64,000 nt of DNA from Candidatus Micrarchaeota archaeon (GCA_038046765.1 JBBSVN010000012.1:57025-121024); one strand, 5' to 3'. Shown: positions 1-9,685, counted from the first letter of the stretch. Made by a program: numbers and translations. The notes: generated by a model not told the origin, from the sequence alone.

Positions 1-1659
1 TCCAGTTAAAAGTAGTGATATATCATTTGGCATGCTTACACCAAATAGTCCGACTGCAATAATTATTATCAAAAATATCTGCCCTATTGAAAGCAATACT
101 ATTGTGATTAATTTTCCAAATATTAAACTTCCAAGAGAGCCTGGTGCCATTAACGCTCTGATTATTGTTCCGTTTGTTTTTTCCTTTACTAAGCTAATTG
201 ATGCTAGTAGGAAACAAGAAAGTAGTAGCGAAATTGATATTACCTGCGGCATTAGAAAATCAACAAAACTCGAACGAGTATACTGGTTTTCAAGTTTTAC
301 TGAAAGCGGTTCTGCAATCTGATCTGGATTTTTTCCTGTTTGTGTTGCGACTGTTTTTTGCAGTGATCCTATAAGTTTATCTACTGAACCTGTCTGATCA
401 AGTATCTGGTCAAATACTTCATTTATATCTCCTATTGTGGAATTTATTCTTTCTAATACTGTTCGTAATTTGCTGATTTGAAGTTGTGCGCTTGCAAATG
501 AGCTGTTCAAGTTAGTCAGGCTTTGATCTGCTTTACCCAGCGTAGCTATTAGTTTTGCCTGTTCATTGCCGTTTATTTGTTTTGTTAGGCTAATTTGTGT
601 TGCGTAATTACTTATCTCTAGTTTAATTGATTGTAATGTTACATTTAACTGTTCTAATTGTATTGTTTCGTTTAGTGCATCCTTTCTTTGTTGCTCTGTA
701 CTATTTCTAAGTGCTTCTAATGAAAATATTTGGATGTCAAGTGCGGTCACAGTTATATTTGCCGAACTGCTGTTAGAATTTTGTACTTGCGCCCTTAGGA
801 ACTTAAGCGCACTAATCGATGTATTGAGGTTAGCGATATTCGTGTTTAAGTTTTTAGTTTGTTTTACTAATTTATCGTGACTATCTTCAAGTATTGTTAT
901 TGCCTGATTTACTGCCTTACTGGAATTATCTATAAAATTCTCGCTTTGATTAAATAATTGCTCGTTTTGCATCGATGCATTTTGCAATTCTGCTTTTTGA
1001 CTTGCTAATATCTCCTTAAGGTTAGTTGTCTGGTCTGCTGCACTTGTTATTGAGTTTTCAAGAGATCCGATATCCAGTGAACTGATGTTTTCCTTTATCT
1101 GATTTAAAATCAATTTAGTTTCCCTCATCCTAACCTGGCTTTGTGTTATTTGTGCTCCAAGCGATGCTGCAGTTGCATTAAGAGATTTTAAGTCATTCCA
1201 AGCTGAACTTACATATGTTTTTGTTATGTTGACTGATGATGCTTGTACTACTGATGACATTGCTGAAATTATTGCCTGCTCAAGGGCAAGGTCGGAGTTA
1301 TCAATTATAATTCTTATTTGGGATTTGTTTTCGGTTGATAGAGCATACTCAAAATTTTGAGGTATTACTATTAATGCTCTTAATTGCCCGTTTTTAAGTG
1401 TGTCCCGTGCCTCATCTTCCGTTGGAAATGATTTTACATTAAATGCCTTTGATTCATTTAACTCTTCTAAAAGTGCAGAACTAAATGTCGTATTTTCAGA
1501 TGAAACTAATCCTATTGGCAATCCTTTTATATCGATTGAACGAAAAGAGCTGCCCATAAATAGCATTATAAAAATTGGAAAAATAATTAACGCAGTAAGC
1601 ATAGTCTTGTCGTGCGATATTTCCCGAAATTCCTTTTTTATTGCCGATAAAAGCTTCAT
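1..1659 (-). CDS. ABC-2 type exporter permease with long extracellular coiled-coil insert (3' end outside window)
   Basis: Not in the ORF track; translated by hand. ATG at 1659 overlaps the ATPase TGA (ATGA). Starts MKLLSAIKKEFREISHDKTMLTALIIFPIFIMLFMG, then a roughly 300 aa Q/N/S/L-rich heptad region, then ABC-2 TM motifs (DFLMPQVISISLL...LVKEKTNGTIIRALMAPGS). Confidence 0.85.
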   Translation of the reverse strand, partial: MKLLSAIKKEFREISHDKTMLTALIIFPIFIMLFMGSSFRSIDIKGLPIGLVSSENTTFSSALLEELNESKAFNVKSFPTEDEARDTLKNGQLRALIVIPQNFEYALSTENKSQIRIIIDNSDLALEQAIISAMSSVVQASSVNITKTYVSSAWNDLKSLNATAASLGAQITQSQVRMRETKLILNQIKENISSLDIGSLENSITSAADQTTNLKEILASQKAELQNASMQNEQLFNQSENFIDNSSKAVNQAITILEDSHDKLVKQTKNLNTNIANLNTSISALKFLRAQVQNSNSSSANITVTALDIQIFSLEALRNSTEQQRKDALNETIQLEQLNVTLQSIKLEISNYATQISLTKQINGNEQAKLIATLGKADQSLTNLNSSFASAQLQISKLRTVLERINSTIGDINEVFDQILDQTGSVDKLIGSLQKTVATQTGKNPDQIAEPLSVKLENQYTRSSFVDFLMPQVISISLLLSCFLLASISLVKEKTNGTIIRALMAPGSLGSLIFGKLITIVLLSIGQIFLIIIIAVGLFGVSMPNDISLLLTG

Positions 1660-2396
1660 TTAGTCACCTTTGATACTCCCTCGGGTTTTACTAAATGTGC
1701 AAAAACATCTTCCATTTGTTTTAGTTTGTATTTTGTTTTTAACTCGTTAGGCGTTCCACTTGCAACTATTCTTCCAGCAAACATTATTGCAACTCTGTCG
1801 CAAAGTTCTTCAATTTCTTCCATGTAATGTGATGTAATAACTATTGTTTTTTTCAATTTATGAAGTTCTTTAATAATTAACCAGATCTCCCTTCTTACAA
1901 CTGGGTCAAGTCCAACTGTCGGTTCATCAAGAAATATTATCTTAGGTTCATGTATTAGCGAACAAGCCATATTTAATCTGCGTTTCATTCCACCTGATAG
2001 ATTGCTTGCAATGACATTTTTTTTGTCTGTTAATTTCATATCCTGCAAAAGTTTGCTTATTCTTGTTTTTATGTCTTTACCATTGACACCAAATTGCTCC
2101 GCAAAAAATTCAAGATTTTCCAATACGCTTAAAGTTTCATAAAATGAGTTTTCTTGAGTTACAAATCCGATATCTAGAGATGAAATTTCTCCGATATTTT
2201 TCCCAAGTATTGTAATTGACCCTGACGAGGCTGGAATTAATTTTGATAGCATGTTAAATGTCGTAGTCTTTCCAGAACCATTTGATCCTAGCATTCCAAA
2301 TATTTCTCCTTCTTCAACTGTAAATGAAATATTGTCTACAATTATCTTTTCTTTGATAATTTTGACTAGTTCTGTTACGTGGACTGCAACTACCAT
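1656..2396 (-). CDS. ABC-2 (DrrA/CcmA-like) transporter ATP-binding protein
   Basis: Walker A GSNGSGKT, signature LSGGMKRR, Walker B IFLDEPT, H-loop TSH. Confidence 0.95.
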   Translation of the reverse strand: MVVAVHVTELVKIIKEKIIVDNISFTVEEGEIFGMLGSNGSGKTTTFNMLSKLIPASSGSITILGKNIGEISSLDIGFVTQENSFYETLSVLENLEFFAEQFGVNGKDIKTRISKLLQDMKLTDKKNVIASNLSGGMKRRLNMACSLIHEPKIIFLDEPTVGLDPVVRREIWLIIKELHKLKKTIVITSHYMEEIEELCDRVAIMFAGRIVASGTPNELKTKYKLKQMEDVFAHLVKPEGVSKVTK

Positions 2397-2477
2397 ATAT
2401 CTTATGGTACTTTTAGGGTTTTTAAATACCTCTTTTTTATAATTCTTTTATTAATCTTTGGCATACAAAGTAAATCT

Positions 2478-2921
2478 ATGCAAATCAAAACAGTCAATTC
2501 TACAAAAGAAATTCAAAGAATCGTTCCTGTGTTTATCAAAATATTTGGCTCCACACCATTTAATGAAAAATGGTCGATAGATCAGGCATACAAACGACTT
2601 TTGTTCTTACACTCGCTTGGAAAAAAATTCTGCTTTTATATTGTCGAGTCTAACGAAATTCTTGGTTTTATGTTTTGTCGCGTTATGGTGTGGCCCGAAG
2701 GCTATCGCATTTTTGTTGAGGATATGGGCGTACTTCCAGAACATCAACATAAAGGTTTAGGCAAATTATTAATCGAAGAACTTGAAAAACAGGCTAGTAT
2801 TTTTGGAATTAAAACAATCGAACTAGAAATTCTTGATGAATCAACTGGTGCTTCGTTTTGGCCTAAATTTGGGTACAAATATTCTAAACGAAAGGTATTT
2901 TCTAAAACTATTATCCAATAA
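2478..2921 (+). CDS. GNAT family N-acetyltransferase
   Basis: Motif A VEDMGVLPEHQHKGLGKLL and C-terminal FWPKFGY; start taken at internal ATG 2478 to avoid overlap with the divergent gene. Confidence 0.85.
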   Translation: MQIKTVNSTKEIQRIVPVFIKIFGSTPFNEKWSIDQAYKRLLFLHSLGKKFCFYIVESNEILGFMFCRVMVWPEGYRIFVEDMGVLPEHQHKGLGKLLIEELEKQASIFGIKTIELEILDESTGASFWPKFGYKYSKRKVFSKTIIQ

Positions 2922-2928
2922 GGATTAA

Positions 2929-3906
2929 CTAGCAGTAATCGCTCGTTTTACCTGCTGTACCATCTGCTCCTGGTAAGTTCCTTATAACTTTTTGGTCTTC
3001 AATGGGTAAGTTGTCAAACCAACATATCGCATGAAATGCGAACCATCTAATTGGCCAATGTTTTTGTCTGTAACTTGGATTCTTAGACGCCTGATTTTCT
3101 TTTCTTAGGTCATAAACGCCCCAATCGAAAAATACATTGTTTGGTAAACCCACTTTAATTGCAATAAGATCCCCCTTCTTAATCTGAATTGGAGGGGTGC
3201 TCGTAGTTCTAGAGTCCTGTTCTTTAGCTTCTGGAAAATCATTTGCTAATTTATTAAATTCTGCAGATAGTTCAAGAAGATGTCCTAAACGGTACATTAT
3301 TCCACATGAATTAACTATATCAAAAGCGTATTGGATAGTTCCACCTTCTAAGTATCTAGCACCTCGCCAAACATAACCATCAAAAGGTGCGCGAACCTCA
3401 ATTTCATTATTTTTTTGGTTATCAAATCTAAATCCACCATGAGGTTTGTAATCATCCCCTGTGTTTACATTTTGTCCTCTATACTGACCCGGGTATAACA
3501 TTGATGTTACTTTGCTTAGATCAGTTGGATTTTGAAATAGGACAGGCCCACAATCTGGCGGGTTTCCAGTTGGTATCCAATTATTTCCAGAATAGTTATA
3601 ATCCCATTCTACATTTTGATTCGTTATTTGTCCGATTATATTTTGTAGTTTAGGGATAAATTCTGGAAATATCATTTCTTGTGGCACGTTACTATTGCTT
3701 TGATTAATCTGGGATTTATTATCAGAACCATTTTGTGAGTAATTTTGAAAACTATTTTGCTCAATTGGGGAGCCCGTAATCGCCGATGTATTATTTGGTG
3801 CAATAAATTTGTCATTGTAATTATTTTGTTTAGGTACTGCTGCACAACCCATAAATAAAGTAGCTACAAGAAGCAAAATCAAAGTAACTGTAAAATTTCT
3901 TTTCAT
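2929..3906 (-). CDS. Secreted/lipoprotein-like protein with possible divergent M23 peptidase-like fold
   Basis: Signal peptide ending LFMGC, N/Q-rich linker, then PHGGFRFD..VRAPFDGYV..RLGHLL..IKKGDLIA, reminiscent of M23; the Zn motifs are non-canonical. Confidence 0.4.
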   Translation of the reverse strand: MKRNFTVTLILLLVATLFMGCAAVPKQNNYNDKFIAPNNTSAITGSPIEQNSFQNYSQNGSDNKSQINQSNSNVPQEMIFPEFIPKLQNIIGQITNQNVEWDYNYSGNNWIPTGNPPDCGPVLFQNPTDLSKVTSMLYPGQYRGQNVNTGDDYKPHGGFRFDNQKNNEIEVRAPFDGYVWRGARYLEGGTIQYAFDIVNSCGIMYRLGHLLELSAEFNKLANDFPEAKEQDSRTTSTPPIQIKKGDLIAIKVGLPNNVFFDWGVYDLRKENQASKNPSYRQKHWPIRWFAFHAICWFDNLPIEDQKVIRNLPGADGTAGKTSDYC

Positions 3907-3908
3907 GT

Positions 3909-6425
3909 TTATCCCTGCTTATTTTGACTAGTTTTTTTATTGTATAAAAATAAACCAATACCTAAAAATAAAAATACATAAAGTAACGGACAAATTGTAT
4001 TATTAAAAACTCTTTTAACTGGTGGTTTTGTCTCTGTTGTTTCATTTGTATCTGGATCATTTATTTCATTTGTAGTTCCAGTTTCTTTTTTACCTTCTGT
4101 TTGTAATCCTTTAGCCATAAATTTAACTGTACAAGCATCTCCAACAAAATCCCCATTTGAATCTTTTTGATCACTGTTTGAAATTTTAGGGCAGTTATCT
4201 AGTGTATCAACAATGCCATCTTTGTCAATATCGCTGCATCCTTCATCAATTAATCCATCGCCATCATTATCTTGCCCATCGCAAGCTTCGCCTAAAAATG
4301 GAACTAATGGTGGATATCTTTCATCAGTATCTTCGCTTATTTTTCCTAAATTATTTCTTATTGCGTTTAATTCCGGACAGCTATTTTTAAGACTAGATAA
4401 TCCAATCACATCATTTTCTGTCATAGTTCCGTTAATTCCATAATACGGGCAGCCGATAGGAAGTATGGCGTTTTTCCAGTCATTAGTTCCATTTAATTTA
4501 GTTAATGAACCATTTGCAGTGTCATATTCATTATCTCTATTTCCGTTTACGTTTACAGTCTGGCTTCCTGCAAAATTACTATCGCAATTCCAGTCAACTG
4601 CTGAACCATTTAATCCAAACATAATCATTAAACTGGAATTTGTACGAGTGCGTCCAATTACACCATTTCCAAAAGCTGCGCTTCGTCCGTTGTTTGTACA
4701 AGTATAATAAGAAAGCGCCAGCGGATTAGATGAAATAATTCCATTTGTTTCACTTAAACCTGCATTCTCGTCAAGCGTGCTAAGTTTTTCATCTGAATAA
4801 TCTAAATCATAAATAATTCCTAAAGGCGTATTTCGTGGAATCCCGCTAAATTGGAAATAGTAATTCATGATGCTTCGATAATTTGGTTTAAAGTGCGTGT
4901 TATCAAATGCAAGTTCTTTTTCTAACCTGCCGCCATGACCTAGCATCAATGTGTGCCCAAATTCATGCATTAACGTTCCTGCTACTGCAGTAGTATTTGA
5001 ACCGTTGCGCATTGCAACAAAGAAATTTCCACCTACTGTTGCCTGGCCAGTTGTATTTTCCTTTTCATGCGTAAATATTCCGTAACGAAATATTCCCGCT
5101 CGATTTATATCAAAATTATCTTTTTTTATGTCAAACAAATATTTACTATTATTTGTATAAAATGCGCGCGCTTCGTTACTGTCATTTAAAGAAAACTGGT
5201 CCCATTCTGCCTGCGGTTGTTCTGTGATTGCATTTCCTTCGCCCCATTGTCCAATATCAATATGCAAAGTTATATCTCTATTAGCAAATGCGTTAACTAC
5301 CATCTGTAACGATTCATTTGTTGGTTTATGTGTGTGAGAGCCATCTTCCATCCAATCAAGTTCTAAAAACAAATCCTTCTTTAGTGGGTTAGCCCCCATT
5401 GCGGGTAAATCTACCAGCGTTCGTCCATTTTTAACTAATCCATAAACTTCTAAACCATCGCTTAAGCCATCTGCATCTGTATCTGCGTTCTTCGGGTCTG
5501 TTCCAAAAACGCTTTCATTTATATCGACAATTCCATCTTTATCACTATCAATTTTCATCCATGCGTCGGGGTCAGGAATTTCTATATTCCAGGAAACGCT
5601 CCAGGGTGTGCTGCCGTAAACTGATATTGGGCCTGCATATGTCAGTCCTCCAAAATCTACATTTGAATATCCTGAAATTATACTCGCTTTCATCTGGTTT
5701 CCAGTTGGTTCAAGTGCTTTAAATGATCCGGAATAGGAAAACTGGTTTTCAGGATTTGCGTCAAACAATGTAATTGGGACGGAAAAAGTACCTGCAGTTA
5801 ATCGTGAAAATGTTGTTGTTTGCCTCGCACCACTACAAACTGGATTTATATTTGGGGAAGTTTTAGTTACCTGCGTAATGTCTGTTTTAGTTACTGGAAT
5901 TATTAATTTTCCAGCTAAAGAAAGTTCGGGATTTCCACTTAAGCCTGTTTTTTTGTAAATTAATTTTAAATCATAACCTTTTAGGTGAATCAAATTCCCG
6001 TTTGAGTCTTTGCCGTTACCTGTGCTATATGGGACATTTAAGTTTGAAATTTTGTCGGACCCAGTAGCATTAACTTCTGTTATATATGCGCATTCCTTGC
6101 CCCCCGTATTAGTCTGCTGGTCAATACTCCACTCTACTGCCTCGTTCTGAAATTTAAAAGCCCGATCAGAATATCTAGTAAGGGAGTCAGAGTTCGGATC
6201 AATTTCTAAAAGATACCCAGAAATCTTAAAATTTAATTTTTGCTTTACTGAACCTGTGTTTGTTTGAACATTGTATGGCCCAGTATAATCATAAACAAGC
6301 GTAATCGTGGTTAACTTATCTGAAACAGAATAATTTTTCGATGTATCGTTCTCAATTGCATAAGCAAAGTTCAATATTAATAAAACAAAAACTCCAAAAT
6401 AAGTCAATTTAGTTAAAAATCTCAT
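3909..6425 (-). CDS. Secreted, C-terminally membrane-anchored metzincin-like zinc metalloprotease with TSP3-type Ca-binding repeats
   Basis: Signal peptide; HEFGHTLMLGH Zn motif and SIMNY Met-turn; DSDKDG, DTDADGLSDG, CDGQDNDGDGLIDEGC and DIDKDGIVDTLDNCP repeats; C-terminal hydrophobic helix plus basic tail. Confidence 0.8.
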   Translation of the reverse strand: MRFLTKLTYFGVFVLLILNFAYAIENDTSKNYSVSDKLTTITLVYDYTGPYNVQTNTGSVKQKLNFKISGYLLEIDPNSDSLTRYSDRAFKFQNEAVEWSIDQQTNTGGKECAYITEVNATGSDKISNLNVPYSTGNGKDSNGNLIHLKGYDLKLIYKKTGLSGNPELSLAGKLIIPVTKTDITQVTKTSPNINPVCSGARQTTTFSRLTAGTFSVPITLFDANPENQFSYSGSFKALEPTGNQMKASIISGYSNVDFGGLTYAGPISVYGSTPWSVSWNIEIPDPDAWMKIDSDKDGIVDINESVFGTDPKNADTDADGLSDGLEVYGLVKNGRTLVDLPAMGANPLKKDLFLELDWMEDGSHTHKPTNESLQMVVNAFANRDITLHIDIGQWGEGNAITEQPQAEWDQFSLNDSNEARAFYTNNSKYLFDIKKDNFDINRAGIFRYGIFTHEKENTTGQATVGGNFFVAMRNGSNTTAVAGTLMHEFGHTLMLGHGGRLEKELAFDNTHFKPNYRSIMNYYFQFSGIPRNTPLGIIYDLDYSDEKLSTLDENAGLSETNGIISSNPLALSYYTCTNNGRSAAFGNGVIGRTRTNSSLMIMFGLNGSAVDWNCDSNFAGSQTVNVNGNRDNEYDTANGSLTKLNGTNDWKNAILPIGCPYYGINGTMTENDVIGLSSLKNSCPELNAIRNNLGKISEDTDERYPPLVPFLGEACDGQDNDGDGLIDEGCSDIDKDGIVDTLDNCPKISNSDQKDSNGDFVGDACTVKFMAKGLQTEGKKETGTTNEINDPDTNETTETKPPVKRVFNNTICPLLYVFLFLGIGLFLYNKKTSQNKQG

Positions 6426-6476
6426 AAAAATCTAGGACATCTGTAATTAAAATATCTTACTGCCTCTAGTTGTACT

Positions 6477-7349
6477 ATGGCAAAAAAGAAAAAAGGAATA
6501 ATTTACTATGTTATTGCTTTTCTTGGACTAATTTTTAGTGCAGTCAAATTCCTTCTGACTGGAACTTTTAAAATTATTAAATTTCTTGCTATTGCTACTT
6601 ACAATTTTCTAAATTTTTTATTTAAATTTGCTCAAAATTCAATCCAAAAGTCAAATGAACTAAGAAAAGAAGTCGCAAAAGAAGTTATTCGTCCTATAAT
6701 TACTGCAACATACTCTGCGTTTGTAGAATTAGAGGAAAAAGCAGGAAATTTACAAGATTTTGAAAATCACATCTATTCTGATAAAAGTTCGGTTGGTTTG
6801 ATTCTAGGCGCCCGGGGGTCGGGTAAAAGTGCAATTGGTTTACGCATTCTTGAAAATATTGTCGCAAAATCAAAGCGCAAGGCTTACGCTATGGGCTTTA
6901 ATAAAGAAGATTTGCCAAAGTGGATCGAATCTATTAATTCTATTGAAGAAGTCAAAAATAACTCATTCTTGCTTGTTGATGAAGGTGGGGTAGAATTTTC
7001 TTCTAGGCAAACGATGTCAAATGCGAATAAATTACTAAGCGAATTACTTTTGATTAGCAGACACAAGGATCTAAATGTTCTTTTTATTACTCAAAACTCT
7101 TCAAATATTGAAGTTAACGCAATAAGGCAAAGCGATTATCTTGTTCTTAAACCACCATCACTTTTGCAAATGGATTTTGAAAGAAAGAAAATAAAAGATA
7201 TTTATGAAAGTGTTAAGGAAAAATTTACTTCCTACAAGGATCAGGTTGGTCTAACTTATATCTATTCTGACCGGTACACTGGCTTTGTGAAAAATGATCT
7301 TCCTTCCTTTTGGAGTAAAAAGGTTAGTACAGCTTATAGCGCCAAATAG
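6477..7349 (+). CDS. Membrane-anchored P-loop ATPase, Zot/pI-like (FtsK-HerA superfamily)
   Basis: N-terminal hydrophobic segment; Walker A GARGSGKS; Walker B LLVDEGG; SRHKDLNVLFITQ...IR pattern (Arg, then hhhhTQ). Confidence 0.6.
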   Translation: MAKKKKGIIYYVIAFLGLIFSAVKFLLTGTFKIIKFLAIATYNFLNFLFKFAQNSIQKSNELRKEVAKEVIRPIITATYSAFVELEEKAGNLQDFENHIYSDKSSVGLILGARGSGKSAIGLRILENIVAKSKRKAYAMGFNKEDLPKWIESINSIEEVKNNSFLLVDEGGVEFSSRQTMSNANKLLSELLLISRHKDLNVLFITQNSSNIEVNAIRQSDYLVLKPPSLLQMDFERKKIKDIYESVKEKFTSYKDQVGLTYIYSDRYTGFVKNDLPSFWSKKVSTAYSAK

Positions 7350-7859
7350 TTATTTTTTATAAGTTAATTGAACTAGTCCTGTCTCAAATTTCTCTGCTTT
7401 GATAAGTTTTAATTCCTTTCTTATTGCGCTTTCTTTGAACAAATTAATTCCTCTCCCAAGCAGTATCGGGTGGATTGAAATAATAAATTCATCAATTAAA
7501 TTCTCTTTTAAAAATTCATAAATTAGTTCGCTTCCCCCGACCAACCAAATTTTTTTCTTTCCGTTCTTTTGCATGTCTAAAATAAATTTCCTAACACTAT
7601 TTTTAACAAAAGTTACGTTTTCATCTTTTTCTCTTTTTTCTTTTTTAGAAAATACAAAACATTCTTTGTCTTTGTGTGGAAAAGTATCAAATGTCAAAGT
7701 TGTTTTGTATGTGTTGTTTCCCATAACTAGCACATCAATACTTTCATAAAACTTAGAGTATCCATAGTCCTGGTCTTGAAAAAGCCAGGCTATTTCACCA
7801 TTTAGGTCAGCAATAAAGCCATCTAAGCTACATGCGATAAATAGTGCTATTTTAACCAT
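7350..7859 (-). CDS. Dihydrofolate reductase / RibD C-terminal family protein
   Basis: IACSLDGFIA, LVMGNNTY, IWLVGGSEL, PILLGRG motifs. Confidence 0.9.
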   Translation of the reverse strand: MVKIALFIACSLDGFIADLNGEIAWLFQDQDYGYSKFYESIDVLVMGNNTYKTTLTFDTFPHKDKECFVFSKKEKREKDENVTFVKNSVRKFILDMQKNGKKKIWLVGGSELIYEFLKENLIDEFIISIHPILLGRGINLFKESAIRKELKLIKAEKFETGLVQLTYKK

Positions 7860-7946
7860 AAACGATTGTAAAAGTTAAGAATAAAAATCCAGTGGCTGAT
7901 ACCACTAGTTTTTCATTTGCTGATGAAAATAAAAAAAAGTAAAAAA

Positions 7947-8396
7947 TTATCTGCAAGTTGGAGCCATCGTTAACATTTTCTCTCCTCTCTTTTCCTTTAG
8001 GTGGCTTCCGATTATTTTTACAACTGGTCTTTCATCACTTGCTCGTGTGTAAAGCGTTCCATGCCATTCTTTAATTCCAAATTGATCGTTTAATAATTCT
8101 AAAACTGTATTAACGTCAAAGCATCTACAGGAATACAAGTCAAAGTAAAATTCGTTTGACCCATCCTTGTGAGTAAATAAATGCATCGAACAATGGCTAG
8201 TTGTAATCATCTGTACAAAGCTCTGACCTGGAAAATCCAAATCAACTGCATCGGCCCAGTTTAATGGTCCTAGCGGCTTCATTTCTATTGCTTTTAGCAA
8301 CCTATCCACAAAACGCTGTGCATCTTCCCTAGGCAAAGCCTTAAAAGAGGGCGAGATCTTCGCGTTAACCGTCAAATGTATATGTTCTAACGACAT
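7947..8396 (-). CDS. S-adenosylmethionine decarboxylase (SpeD/SpeH)-like pyruvoyl proenzyme
   Basis: PGQSFVQMITTSHCSMHLF and FYFDLYSC match the G.S....L.ESH.S.H and D.F.C pattern of the family; T replaces the usual E before the cleavage Ser. Confidence 0.7.
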   Translation of the reverse strand: MSLEHIHLTVNAKISPSFKALPREDAQRFVDRLLKAIEMKPLGPLNWADAVDLDFPGQSFVQMITTSHCSMHLFTHKDGSNEFYFDLYSCRCFDVNTVLELLNDQFGIKEWHGTLYTRASDERPVVKIIGSHLKEKRGEKMLTMAPTCR

Positions 8397-8677
8397 TTCA
8401 GATCCTTAATTATTTTTATTAAATTAGTATTTTTAAATATATGCCTAAAATTTTTATATTTTTATTTTTCAGACGTATTTTTCATACCTTTTTAATAATT
8501 TTTTTCTAATTTTATTTTTTTATCCTCGATCATTTTTTGCAATTTTTGCATTTTTACGTGTCAAAAACTGATTTTGAAATCTAAAAATATAATTTGCACG
8601 CTATTTTTGGGTATTTTATTTTTTATAAAAAAATAATTTTCATATATTATTACTGTTATTCTCTTTTTAAATGTTGC

Positions 8678-9568
8678 TTAAAATGTCTGGTCTTGTCTTG
8701 CAAATATTATTCTATTAATTATTTCTGCAATTTCTGGTGCTGCTTCCAGTTCAGGATAAAATGCAGTTGGAGTAGGTTCTAGTTTTAATCGTTCTTTTTT
8801 ATTTGCAAGACATTTTTCAATTAATCTTTTTGCCCTTGGATTATTCAAAATAATATCCAGCTCTCCGTTAATTACGGCAATCTTTCCCGGCAAGTCTATT
8901 TGGGCGCTTTCTAGGGCATGTTCTATTTTTGGGCCCGTCTGATTTAACTGGTTATAAAATAACCTGAGGGCGAGTCTATCTGTTGTCTTAAGCCCATGAA
9001 AAAATTCGCCTAAAAAATCTACTGAGCAGTTCGGCATTGCTCGTACGAATTTTAGTATTGGTGCAGCTAATTCAAAGGAGTGCAGCCTATTTGGTCCTAG
9101 GAATCTTACCAACCTATGCAACTGCGCTGGTAAAACGGATTCTAAACTTCCTATAATCGGGTTGATTAACATAAGGGACGCGAATTTATCTGCTACATTC
9201 GTTCCGTTTTCCATCATTTTTTGTATGTACTCTAAAAATAGAAATGCTCCTGCGTCCCTGGCTATTATATGTGGTCTGCTAATTTCAAATTCCAGGATCA
9301 CTTGCCTAAGCGTGCGTGCGAACTCCTGACTAAAATCATCGGAAGTTTTGCTACTAAGTTTGTTTAATCCGTGACCTGGTAAATCAAAACCAATAAATGC
9401 ACAATCATTTAGCGAAACTTCGGTAGCTAATGCAGCCCAGGTTTCTTTGTTTCCTCCAAATCCATGTATTGCAACAATATTTCTGGAAGTTTTGCTTGAG
9501 GGAATCCCTCTCACTAAATAGTCTCGTTTTGCGTGCCTATGCTGTCTTAATATGTGCATATAGACCAT
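8678..9568 (-). CDS. Alpha/beta hydrolase-fold protein, probably catalytically divergent
   Basis: IHGFGG and FDLPGHG motifs; the nucleophile elbow reads ARDAG instead of GxSxG. Confidence 0.75.
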   Translation of the reverse strand: MVYMHILRQHRHAKRDYLVRGIPSSKTSRNIVAIHGFGGNKETWAALATEVSLNDCAFIGFDLPGHGLNKLSSKTSDDFSQEFARTLRQVILEFEISRPHIIARDAGAFLFLEYIQKMMENGTNVADKFASLMLINPIIGSLESVLPAQLHRLVRFLGPNRLHSFELAAPILKFVRAMPNCSVDFLGEFFHGLKTTDRLALRLFYNQLNQTGPKIEHALESAQIDLPGKIAVINGELDIILNNPRAKRLIEKCLANKKERLKLEPTPTAFYPELEAAPEIAEIINRIIFARQDQTF

Positions 9569-9617
9569 TCTTCCTTACTTCGCGCATAAATATAATCTTT
9601 CCCAATCATAATAACTC

Positions 9618-9685
9618 TGGTAATGATGATGACACTGTCCCAGAGGAGATTTTGTATGACCGGAAGAGTAGCTGCTGAGTTACCA
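9618..9685 (+). ncRNA. Box C/D guide sRNA
   Basis: Terminal stem TGGTAAT (9618-9624) / GTTACCA (9679-9685); perfect box C ATGATGA (9626-9632); box D CTGA (9675-9678); canonical kink-turn geometry; 68 nt; TATA-like ATAAATATA about 25 nt upstream; intergenic. Confidence 0.75.

Noticed and set aside
8397..8677. Very AT-rich gap as a DNA-unwinding element or regulatory uORF of the SpeD-like gene
   Set aside because: Only a 19-codon low-complexity ORF upstream of the likely TATA box; no flanking initiator repeats.
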